Of a DNA stretch of 64,000 nt, positions 9,603 through 18,276 are shown piece after piece; the first letter of the stretch is position 1, and every line of letters begins with the position of its first letter. Source of the DNA: Candidatus Hermodarchaeota archaeon (GTDB taxonomy: Archaea; Asgardarchaeota; Hermodarchaeia; Hermodarchaeales; Hermodarchaeaceae); NCBI GenBank assembly GCA_016839805.1, contig JAEOTO010000033.1, positions 1-64,000 on the forward strand, read 5' to 3'. The notes below the pieces were generated by a model. It was not told the DNA's origin. It saw nothing but the letters and a program-made list of their open reading frames with translations, and did not search any database. The position numbers and the translations under genes are program-made.

Positions 9603-10334
9603 TTACTTTATTCTTAACAACTGGTCAATTTGAGGGAGAAGAACCCCCGCTTTCCCTTGTAGGTGCACATTTGCTATGGGAGTTAACGATGTTGTCTCAA
9701 CATTGACTTCGATGACATGCCCACCTTTCTGTTTCACGAGTAGTGGAAAGGATGCACTGGGTTGAACCAGGGCAGAAGTTCCAATTACTATGATGGCATC
9801 AGCGAGTTCAATTTCTTTAAGGACCTGACCCATTACCTGCTGGGGAAGGCTTTCACCAAACCAGACCACGTCAGGTCGGAGTTGTGCTCCACATTCCGGA
9901 CAGGGTGGGATACCTGTGGCAGGGCTAGTTAACTGGCTTTTATACGCACATTCAGTGCATTTGATCATCCAGATATTTCCATGTACCTCTAAAATTTTAG
10001 TTGAACCAGCGGTACGATGAAGGCCATCAACGTTTTGGGTAATTAGTGTCTTGAGGAATCCTTGTTCTTCCCATTTTGCCAGAGTAAGATGAGCTGGATT
10101 AGGTTGACATTTTGAAATAAGGTTTTGCCGCCAAGAGTACCATTCCCAGACAAGTGTTGGATTTTTGTTAAACGCCTGAGGTGTGGCTAGATCCATGGCG
10201 TTATATTGTCGCCACATTCCGTCTTTTCCGCGAAAAGTGGGAACATTGGACTCCTTGGAGATCCCTGCACCGGTTAATGTAATAAGATGGTTAGCTTTCC
10301 GTAGAATTTCAACACTTTGAGATAAGCGGTTCAT
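9603..10334 (-). CDS. cobB: NAD-dependent protein deacylase (sirtuin, class III)
   Basis: TGAGISKES..PTFRG, ITQNVDGLH, EVHG, CxxC/CxxC Zn site, RPDVVWFGE, GTSALV; YxxR motif (WYSWR). Confidence 0.93.
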   Translation of the reverse strand: MNRLSQSVEILRKANHLITLTGAGISKESNVPTFRGKDGMWRQYNAMDLATPQAFNKNPTLVWEWYSWRQNLISKCQPNPAHLTLAKWEEQGFLKTLITQNVDGLHRTAGSTKILEVHGNIWMIKCTECAYKSQLTSPATGIPPCPECGAQLRPDVVWFGESLPQQVMGQVLKEIELADAIIVIGTSALVQPSASFPLLVKQKGGHVIEVNVETTSLTPIANVHLQGKAGVLLPQIDQLLRIK

Positions 10335-10504
10335 GGTTACTGCTTCTCCTAGAATGTAAAAAACTGATTAGTGAATTTCGAATATTTAGGTTACTCTTTC
10401 ATTATCCATGAAAAGGGTACATTTTTTAATAGGAGAAATCACGGAAGGCAGAACTGAAGGTAATTAACCATAAATGAAGTGCTAATACAAACACTTGGTG
10501 ATAA

Positions 10505-11065
10505 ATGATGACAGAAACGTCGCGTCAGGGCTTGAGATTGCGAATCGTAATCGTTTTTCTACCTAATATTCTTTATTTTGTTATTTTGGCGATTGCCATT
10601 ATTCTTACTTGGATGTTTCCTCAGATTCCATGGCAGTTGCTACCCGGAGCAAGTCTGCTCTTTCCTTGGCCTTTACGGTTTATTGAGCTCTTTGGCGGCA
10701 TGATTCTTCTGATTCTGGCTGTCATGTTTATTGTCTGGGGTGTTATCTCACTTGGACTCCAACGTGCTCAAGGCAGTGAACTAGGTTCATCTAAACGTGG
10801 ATCATCCCTCATTACTACAGGTGCCTACGCGTATTGTCGCCACCCACAAACCCTGGGGTTCATCTTTGCTACTCCGGCTTTTGCGCTGATCTTTGACTTC
10901 GTCCCACTTCTTATTCTCGCTCTCCTCTATACTCCCCTCTTACTAGCCTTGCTGGGCTATGAAGAGGTCGAGTTATTACGTCGATTTGGCGATAGCTACG
11001 GAGTGTACCGTGAAACAGTTCCATTCATTATTCCTCGAAGAAAACGGATAGTTCCTCAGAAGTAG
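10505..11065 (+). CDS. Isoprenylcysteine carboxyl methyltransferase / PEMT-family membrane protein
   Basis: LITTGAYAYCRHP and EEVELLRRFGDSYGVYRETVP motifs; multiple TMs. Confidence 0.88.
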   Translation: MMTETSRQGLRLRIVIVFLPNILYFVILAIAIILTWMFPQIPWQLLPGASLLFPWPLRFIELFGGMILLILAVMFIVWGVISLGLQRAQGSELGSSKRGSSLITTGAYAYCRHPQTLGFIFATPAFALIFDFVPLLILALLYTPLLLALLGYEEVELLRRFGDSYGVYRETVPFIIPRRKRIVPQK

Positions 11066-11121
11066 AAATGAACCATCATTAGTCTGAGCCTACTCGATGA
11101 TTAATACACTGAGGATATGGA

Positions 11122-12720
11122 CTATTCAAAACGCCAGCGACGTCGAATTGCAAAAAATAACGTCAACGCGATTATTACAAGAAGACCAAGAACAAGGATT
11201 GTGGGAGCAAGCCAGGGGTTGAAGACTGTTGGCGGAATAAGCGACACTACAGCAGTACCTAAGTTACTCCATGGACCATAGAGACTGGCATTATCGCGAG
11301 CTCGTACGCGAAAATAATATGTGCCGAGTGGAAGGTTCGAAACGAGGACGTTCGTTGAATTGATGATCCAAGTAATATCAGGACGATTGAAACTAGGGGT
11401 TGAATCCATTTGAAGCTCATAATCTTCGATTACACCATCAGGATCATAAGCGGGAGTCCAGGAAGTGATAAAAAATCCGTAGGGATTGATAGGATTTACA
11501 CTAGGCAAGGCAATAGGACCCGGGGCACTGGCACCATCAGAATCAAACTTAACAAGAAACCCATTTGTAGAATTAGTTAACCAGCCACTAGTTGTCCCAG
11601 AAAAATAGAAGTGTTCCAGACCAAGAACCATTTTTGAAGGTCGACAATTACCTGCACCACCCCAATTTCGTTCCCAATTGAGACCACCCGTATCGTTGTA
11701 ATTTAATAGACTGAGACGATAACCGGTACTTGGATCCTCGAATTCCCCTCCGACAAAAATTTGACTTCCCCTCGTTGTGACACTAATTCCTTTATGAGTT
11801 AAACCTGTTTCATCAAACTCAATCCAGAGAAGGGTTCCCGAAGTATTATATTTTTGCAAGAAGAGTACGGGGGTAGTACTAATATTTTCAGAGAGTAAAG
11901 AGCCAGTGACATAAACGGCGCTATTATTCACTGCGATTCCACAAGCTTGATTATAAGTTTCGGAAAATCCGGTCACGTTCCACATCATAACACCAGTAAA
12001 GGAAAATTTTGCCAAAAAAGCATTAGCAGCCATACTTGTGGATTGATCAGTATAATCTCCTACAAGATATACCCCATCTGAACCCAGAGCAATATCCGCT
12101 CCACGATTTACTGGAGCTATTCCCCATGTTTCGTTCCAGATTTCTATACCATTAAAATCATACTTGACGATAAGCGCATCCACATTATCCTCAGAATGTT
12201 CCACCAGTCCACCAACATAGATACCATCGAATCCAACCACGACGCATGTAAACTGTTCAGCCGATTGATCCCCATAAGAGACATTCCATAACTGATTACC
12301 ATTGAAATCTAACTTCACGAGCAGCCCATTTGCTCCATTAATAATTGATTTAGTTATTCCTGCGAGATAAAGTGCATCTATATCTGATGCTAATGCATTT
12401 GCAGATTCATCAAAGTGTGTCTGCCACGTCTGGTTCCATAGATACTCCCCTTCGATAGTATATTTGACAAGAATAACATTCGATGAAGCACTCAAGGAAG
12501 GAGATTGCGTCGATCCTCCAACGAAGACAAATCCAGGAATTGTTATTACCGCGTTAAACGTTTCATTAGGTGGCTGCATCCAAAGGATACCCCACGGATC
12601 ACCTAACGCAAGGTCATCTATAAGCAATTGTCTAGGGTTCGGAAAACAATTGGCAGCAGGGAAAGTAAAACCTAAAACTAGTAGGGAAAGAATCAAGAAC
12701 CATAATCCACGCTGCTTCAT
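11122..12720 (-). CDS. Cell-surface beta-propeller + fibronectin-III-like protein with C-terminal anchor
   Basis: Signal peptide; repeated 'L.K.D..G..LWN.TWG' blades; FN3-like 'SWTP...YELQ...GTYYFRVRARD...GPWS'; C-terminal TM + RRR. Confidence 0.85.
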   Translation of the reverse strand: MKQRGLWFLILSLLVLGFTFPAANCFPNPRQLLIDDLALGDPWGILWMQPPNETFNAVITIPGFVFVGGSTQSPSLSASSNVILVKYTIEGEYLWNQTWQTHFDESANALASDIDALYLAGITKSIINGANGLLVKLDFNGNQLWNVSYGDQSAEQFTCVVVGFDGIYVGGLVEHSEDNVDALIVKYDFNGIEIWNETWGIAPVNRGADIALGSDGVYLVGDYTDQSTSMAANAFLAKFSFTGVMMWNVTGFSETYNQACGIAVNNSAVYVTGSLLSENISTTPVLFLQKYNTSGTLLWIEFDETGLTHKGISVTTRGSQIFVGGEFEDPSTGYRLSLLNYNDTGGLNWERNWGGAGNCRPSKMVLGLEHFYFSGTTSGWLTNSTNGFLVKFDSDGASAPGPIALPSVNPINPYGFFITSWTPAYDPDGVIEDYELQMDSTPSFNRPDITWIINSTNVLVSNLPLGTYYFRVRARDNASLYGPWSNLGTAVVSLIPPTVFNPWLAPTILVLGLLVIIALTLFFAIRRRWRFE

Positions 12721-12803
12721 TGATACGAAAACACCCTATTTGATACAGTGTTTATGACAGTTTTTAGGTATTTGAGGATTCGTTTCGGGGCAGAATTAAT
12801 CGA

Positions 12804-13247
12804 TTACGCTTTCTTAAGGGCATCACGGATTTTCTTAGCCTGTTTTTCTAATTCCTTATTCGGAGGCGTTTGGCCATAATAAGGACCAGCTTCTATACGA
12901 ATACCGTCTCCTGAGAACCGGGGGATGACATGGATGTGAATATGGGGGATCTCTTGAAAAGCAGCTTTACCGTCGGCTAGCCAAACATTAATTCCCTCAC
13001 AACGTATCCCCGATTTGCGTAAAGCTGCCGCAATTTGTCCAGCCACTTGAAAGAGCCGACCCGCAAGTTGAGGATCAAGAGCTTCAAGGTTCGCAGCGTG
13101 AGACTTAGGTATCACCAAAGTATGACCAGGGTTGATAGGACGAATATCAAGAAAGGCAATGATTTCGTGGTTTTCAAAAACAACATGGGCAGGAAATTTT
13201 TTTGTGACGATGTTACAGAAGACACAATCGTGGGATTGTTTACTCAT
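12804..13247 (-). CDS. HIT-family hydrolase
   Basis: DCVFCNI, FLDIRPINPGHTLVIPK, HIHIHVIPR histidine triad. Confidence 0.95.
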   Translation of the reverse strand: MSKQSHDCVFCNIVTKKFPAHVVFENHEIIAFLDIRPINPGHTLVIPKSHAANLEALDPQLAGRLFQVAGQIAAALRKSGIRCEGINVWLADGKAAFQEIPHIHIHVIPRFSGDGIRIEAGPYYGQTPPNKELEKQAKKIRDALKKA

Positions 13248-13305
13248 ACCTTTGACTTACACGTTCTTTCTCATAAATGTCTATGTTCTTCGAATGCTAT
13301 GGCTT

Positions 13306-13540
13306 CTAGGTTTCTGGACGAGCCTTATTGAGAATGGGAAAGATTTGTTCAGAATTTTTAATTTTATCTCCGTCAACTTTGAATTCGGCTGGATGAATGA
13401 GGATGGCGTGGGTTTGGTCTCCGCCAACTCCGCCATGATTTCCAATTAACTCCTCATATGCGGCCACAGAACCATCAGGATAGACTGGGCTAATCAGAAT
13501 CAGAGCTCCACTATCAGGAAATTCTGCAAGTCTTCTTGTG
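13306..13540 (-). pseudogene. Probable C-terminal remnant of an alkaline-phosphatase/nucleotide-pyrophosphatase-family gene
   Basis: RLAEFPDSGALILIS...VAAYEELIGNHGGVGGDQTHAILIHP resembles the C-terminal HGG-x-GG motif of such enzymes. The N-terminal part is non-homologous and overlaps the AOR start. Confidence 0.5.
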
Positions 13541-13602
13541 TATCTGCGAAAGCTATTTGTGGAGAACCTGCTGACTGACAGTAAGATTTTGCGTTTGGTG
13601 GT

Positions 13603-15441
13603 TTGAGTATGAAGGCGTGGACTGGTCAACTGTTACGTGTGAATCTGTCAAGTAAGGAAGCAAGCATTGAGTCTTACCCCAAGGAATTGGCTCTGCAATT
13701 CGTGGGTGGACGCGGGTTTGCCATGAAAATACTTTGGGATGAAGTGCCAAAGGGGACTAATCCTCTCTCACCGGGAAATAAGTTCATTGCCGCTGTGGGA
13801 CCGTTATCGGGGTTAGCAATGCCCAATGTGGGAAAGACCATCGTAGCGGCCAAAAGCCCGTTAACTGGTGGTTACGGAGATGGTAATCTGGGTACCCATT
13901 TTGGTTCACAGCTAAGACGTGCAGGATATGATTTGGTTGTCGTTGAGGGGAAAGCTGATGCCCCTTCCTATATTCTGATCGAAGATGCGGAAGTGAGTAT
14001 TCTTGATGCTGATAACCTATGGGGGATTGGTGCTTATGAAGCGGAGCAAAAACTTGAGGACCTTCATGGAAAGAACATTGGTACGCTGATGATTGGTCAA
14101 GGTGGCGAGAATCTCGTCAAATATGCAACTGTACGTTCTATGATGGGAAGGTCCGGTGGACGTCCAGGTATGGGTACTGTTATGGGATCAAAGAATTTGA
14201 AGGCTCTCGTTGCCAAAGGGTCAAAGTCCCCTGAGATTGCAGATCCTCAAGCATTCCGGCAATTGGGTCGAGATGGGTTCAAGGATATTCGGGATAAACC
14301 CAGTTATGATGAATGGATGTCTCAGGGTACTATGCTCATCCATGCCTGGTGTCAAGAATTCAGCGTACTACCCAGTTATAATTTCCGTGAGGGTCAGTTT
14401 GAGCATGCAGAAGCCCTGAGTGGTGACACAATGGAGAAAATGAAGGAAAAGACGCGGGGTTGTCCTTCATGCACAATGCAGTGTGGTCATTGCATTAAAG
14501 ATTCAGAAGGGAAATCTGCTGAGCTAGATTATGAAAATGTATCACTTCTTGGATCCAATATTGGTATGCGAGATCTTCGGGAAGTCGCTACTCTTAACCG
14601 CCTCGCAGATGAGTATGGATTAGACACTATATCACTGGGTAATACGATAGGTTTTGCAATGGAAGCATCTGAAAAGGGGATTTTAGATGAGAAACTGGAC
14701 TGGGGTGATTTCCATGCCACAAGTCAACTCATCACCGATATTGCCTTTCGAAAAGGTAGTCTTGGATCTGACTTGGCAGAAGGCACTCAGCATTTAGCCA
14801 AAAAGTTAGGAAAAAGTGCCCTTGATTTTGCGATGCAAATTAAAGGATTAGAAATTTCGGGATATGATTGTCATGCTGCACCGGGAATGGCTCTTGCCTT
14901 TGGTGTTTGCTCGATTGGGGCGCATCATAAGGAAAGCTGGGTAATCACCCACGAAGTTGATGTGGGTCGAGATACCTATGATGAAGGCAAAGTCGATAAA
15001 ATCATTGAGTTGCAACGAATTCGCGGTGGGATGTTTGAGCAGCTAGTTGGTTGTCGCTTCCCATGGATTGAACTTGGCTTTAACCTGGAATGGTATCCTA
15101 AATACTTCAATGCAGCAACAGGATTGAAATGGACTCTAAACGACTTTTGGAACCTAGCTGATCGCGTGTATTCTTTGATTCGGTCTTATTGGGTTCGTGA
15201 ATTTAATGGCGAATGGGACCGAACCATGGACTATCCACCTCAACGCTGGTTTAAAGATCCTCTCTCAGTAGGTCCTTTAGCTGGAGCGAAGCTTGACAAA
15301 GAGGGTTATGACAAAATGCTATCATGGTATTACAAGAAACGGGGCTGGGATGAGCGGGGTATTCCAACCAAGACTCAACTCAAGGAACAGCAATTGGAGT
15401 GGGTTATCCCTGAGCTAGCACGAGTCACAGACCTTACGTGA
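13603..15441 (+). CDS. aor: Tungsten-containing aldehyde:ferredoxin oxidoreductase family enzyme
   Basis: GGRG, AKSPLTG, GRSGGRPGMGTVMGSKNLKA, CPSCTMQC, DEYGLDTIS, YYKKRGWDERGIP. Confidence 0.95.
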   Translation: MSMKAWTGQLLRVNLSSKEASIESYPKELALQFVGGRGFAMKILWDEVPKGTNPLSPGNKFIAAVGPLSGLAMPNVGKTIVAAKSPLTGGYGDGNLGTHFGSQLRRAGYDLVVVEGKADAPSYILIEDAEVSILDADNLWGIGAYEAEQKLEDLHGKNIGTLMIGQGGENLVKYATVRSMMGRSGGRPGMGTVMGSKNLKALVAKGSKSPEIADPQAFRQLGRDGFKDIRDKPSYDEWMSQGTMLIHAWCQEFSVLPSYNFREGQFEHAEALSGDTMEKMKEKTRGCPSCTMQCGHCIKDSEGKSAELDYENVSLLGSNIGMRDLREVATLNRLADEYGLDTISLGNTIGFAMEASEKGILDEKLDWGDFHATSQLITDIAFRKGSLGSDLAEGTQHLAKKLGKSALDFAMQIKGLEISGYDCHAAPGMALAFGVCSIGAHHKESWVITHEVDVGRDTYDEGKVDKIIELQRIRGGMFEQLVGCRFPWIELGFNLEWYPKYFNAATGLKWTLNDFWNLADRVYSLIRSYWVREFNGEWDRTMDYPPQRWFKDPLSVGPLAGAKLDKEGYDKMLSWYYKKRGWDERGIPTKTQLKEQQLEWVIPELARVTDLT

Positions 15442-15479
15442 CCTAAAAAAGAAGTAAAAACAAATTTTCTTAGACATAA

Positions 15480-16028
15480 TTACTCAGCAAAGTGGATTCG
15501 AAATTCACACGCTGGATCGCCTTGGATGCGACTTGCTGTTTGTGTAACTCGGGCAGTGTACGGCAGGCTGAGATTATCAATCCAGCTTTGTAGAAGGCCT
15601 TCAAGCATTCCTGAAACAACTTCACAGTATCTTAGGTCAAGAGTAGCCTCGAAGCTGTCCTGTTGGCAGATTGGACAGGATTCCGAGCGAAGTAGAAGAG
15701 TGCGATCATCCGTGAATTCAAGGGAGTCAGGTATTGTTCCAGTTGCTAATTCCCAGTTCTTTGACAAGAACTCGTCTACGCGGTTGAGGAAGAGGTCAGG
15801 AGAATTGGGAAAGTAGTTATCTGGGGGTTTTCCGTAACGACTGACGAGTCCCAAGAGGAGTTGTGTTGCCATGGATTTTCCTAATGCATGGAGGGCGCGT
15901 TCGATGGCTGTTGGATTACCTTGGTACTCCACTGAGAGCGATTCCACTAATCGGAGATAGAAAATGGGTAGCAATGGTCCAGAGAATAGGGGTAATTTAT
16001 CAGTGGGTGCAGGATTTTTGGAAGCCAT
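15480..16028 (-). CDS. V4R-domain protein (HNOX/V4R/TRAPP-Bet3-related fold)
   Basis: ALHALGKSMA helix, SCPIC, YCEVVSGMLEGLL, and C-terminal VTQTASRIQGDPACEFRI. Confidence 0.8.
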   Translation of the reverse strand: MASKNPAPTDKLPLFSGPLLPIFYLRLVESLSVEYQGNPTAIERALHALGKSMATQLLLGLVSRYGKPPDNYFPNSPDLFLNRVDEFLSKNWELATGTIPDSLEFTDDRTLLLRSESCPICQQDSFEATLDLRYCEVVSGMLEGLLQSWIDNLSLPYTARVTQTASRIQGDPACEFRIHFAE

Positions 16029-16070
16029 CTTGTGTGTACCTCGACTTTTGCTTATGAAAAGCTATGCCTT

Positions 16071-17306
16071 TTACTCTTCGTTTGACTTAGTCTCTTCAGT
16101 AGATTTAGATTTGGATACCGTTTCTTTTACAGCAGATTTGACTCGCGCAGCCCGTGAGGCTTTTGCGGGTGCTCGCTCACGGAGCTGACGTTCGGCTTCA
16201 GCAAGTGGTCCTGTAGGAATTGTGGTAGGTAAGGTGGGTGCCTGTCCAGTTAATTGGGCGATTTCAACCGATTTCTCTGCCCACAGAACTTGGGCTGGGT
16301 GGACGCCTGCTACACGCCAGTAAAAGAATCGATCCCAGAGCTTTTCTTCAATAGAAAGAACTCCTGCGGATAATGAAACAAGATTCAATCCTAAACGCTC
16401 AAATGCTGTAGCTACGACCTTACGGACTTCATCGCGGATTTCTGCTTCATCACGTAACGCACTCATGAATTCATGTTCTGAAAATTTGTCACGCATGACA
16501 TTATCAATGAGTGTTTTGAGGTATTCAATGAGTTCCTGCGAGTTCATGGGAATTCGTTGGTCATGTAGCGTCGTGATGAGTTTACGGGAATCTTCGACAA
16601 CAAAGGCAAAGAGTAGCCCATACGGCTCTTGCAGTCGTACAGATCGTTTAAAGTTAGTTTTGCCATCGGCGGTTTGCGTAGGAATGTCATATTCTTCACG
16701 GCGCCAAGACTTTCCAGTCCAGGTTAACCGAGCTAGATCTGATGTTTGGGTGACCCCAGTATTAGCATAGACATGGACCCGACCAGTATAAATGAAAACA
16801 ACATTTGTTTTAAAACCTTGACCTCGCCAACCGGTTTTAATTAACGGTGAAGGGAAGGTTTCAATACTGTATGGAGTTTCACTCGGTTCCCACACTTCAT
16901 ATACTTTGAATTCGCGGTTACCGTTGTTGAATTCCTCGCCATAGGCACAACATAACCAATCTGGAGGAACGTATATTTTGGCATCTTTTTCGATAATTTC
17001 AATTTGCTCCATATCACGTTCCAAGTCGGGGGGATGATAGATAAACTGGGGTAATCGTGCGTCTGATTCAGAAATTTCCGCGCCCGAAGGAAGTGTACGC
17101 GTTACTTTCTGACCCGTTGAGAATCCACCGAATGCAGCGATTCGTGTTAAGCGGCGGATTGATCGAATTGCTTGGGCGCCTCGATCTTTATGTGGAGCTT
17201 GAATCATTTGCGTCCAATAATTTTGTCCACCCAGATCACCGATCGGAATGCTTGGATGCGGTCCTAGTACTGGGTCCGGAGCCATTAAACAGATAGTTTT
17301 TGCCAC
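16071..17306 (-). CDS. Soluble SPFH/Band-7 domain protein (YdjI/Band_7_1-like)
   Basis: IYHPP...IEKDAKIYVP, VVFIY, YGLLFAFVVEDSRKLI, YLKTLIDNVMRD, EIRDEVRKVVATAFERLGLNLVSL; no TM; low-complexity basic tail. Confidence 0.7.
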   Translation of the reverse strand: MAKTICLMAPDPVLGPHPSIPIGDLGGQNYWTQMIQAPHKDRGAQAIRSIRRLTRIAAFGGFSTGQKVTRTLPSGAEISESDARLPQFIYHPPDLERDMEQIEIIEKDAKIYVPPDWLCCAYGEEFNNGNREFKVYEVWEPSETPYSIETFPSPLIKTGWRGQGFKTNVVFIYTGRVHVYANTGVTQTSDLARLTWTGKSWRREEYDIPTQTADGKTNFKRSVRLQEPYGLLFAFVVEDSRKLITTLHDQRIPMNSQELIEYLKTLIDNVMRDKFSEHEFMSALRDEAEIRDEVRKVVATAFERLGLNLVSLSAGVLSIEEKLWDRFFYWRVAGVHPAQVLWAEKSVEIAQLTGQAPTLPTTIPTGPLAEAERQLRERAPAKASRAARVKSAVKETVSKSKSTEETKSNEE

Positions 17307-17368
17307 ATGAAAGCCTCCTTCTTATAACAGCGATTGATTCCAACCTCAAATAACTTCTGGTATTGAGT

Positions 17369-18217
17369 TTAGAAACCGGTTATTTCATATCGGTCTCCTA
17401 GTTTTTCTTTTTTAGCTTCCTCCTCACTTCGCCATTCTTCGATGTACTGTTGAATTTTTTGTTGCAGAACTTCGTTGCTTGATTGAGCTATCCAGTCGAG
17501 GTTAATATGGACATGGTCACCTCGAAGTGCGAGTGTTCGAGCCACTGAGTCAAAGTAGCCGCCTTGTCCTTTCTTCCCTAGAAACCTGATGAAAGTATTG
17601 AAGGTACCTTGTTTCTTATTTTGATAGCTTTCAAGCATACTTTCGGGGACAATTGACATTTGTTTATTGATGAGTTTACCTACTAATTCATAGATGGCTG
17701 TTTCGACCGTAGCTTTATGCTTCACTCCACTTTCTAGAAGTGTATAGAAGTCAATAAGTCCTGTGAAACATTGTTTGAAGAAATCATGGCTTGTTCGCTG
17801 GAAATCAAGAACTTCACCAGTGGCTTTTATGTACACAACATCCTGCACAGCATCTGATCGCTCAACAACCAGATTCATGTGTTTTTTCCATTTCGTGAAA
17901 CTTTGAGGATGCTCTTGAAGTTCAGGGAGATATACTAGAGGGACATTGATGATGATCCTACTGAGTTTAAGGGCTTTTTCAAGATCACCACGATAAGGTT
18001 CCGTAGGGGGTAATCCTTCCATTTCAGCTACGAAGCATGCGCGATAGCTAGTTAAAATGAAATGTCCGTTTTGACCCCGAACCATGAGAGGTTGAGTACC
18101 AGAACGGACTCCTTTAGCAATCTTTCCCTTTGCCACAAGAAGGAGTGTTTCTTCTTCGCGTGGTAAAATACTTTTGACGAGTTTCAGTTTCTCTGTTGGT
18201 TCCAGTTCCCACGTCAT
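17369..18217 (-). CDS. PH-like (bPH/GRAM/GLUE-type) domain protein with helical C-terminus
   Basis: EETLLLVAKG...NGHFILTSYRACFV...INVPL pattern typical of PH-superfamily N-terminal strands. Confidence 0.6.
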   Translation of the reverse strand: MTWELEPTEKLKLVKSILPREEETLLLVAKGKIAKGVRSGTQPLMVRGQNGHFILTSYRACFVAEMEGLPPTEPYRGDLEKALKLSRIIINVPLVYLPELQEHPQSFTKWKKHMNLVVERSDAVQDVVYIKATGEVLDFQRTSHDFFKQCFTGLIDFYTLLESGVKHKATVETAIYELVGKLINKQMSIVPESMLESYQNKKQGTFNTFIRFLGKKGQGGYFDSVARTLALRGDHVHINLDWIAQSSNEVLQQKIQQYIEEWRSEEEAKKEKLGDRYEITGF

Positions 18218-18276
18218 GGCAGTTGACCAGCCTTTGTATGGTTGATTTTTCTACAATATGCTGATTGGATATTAGA

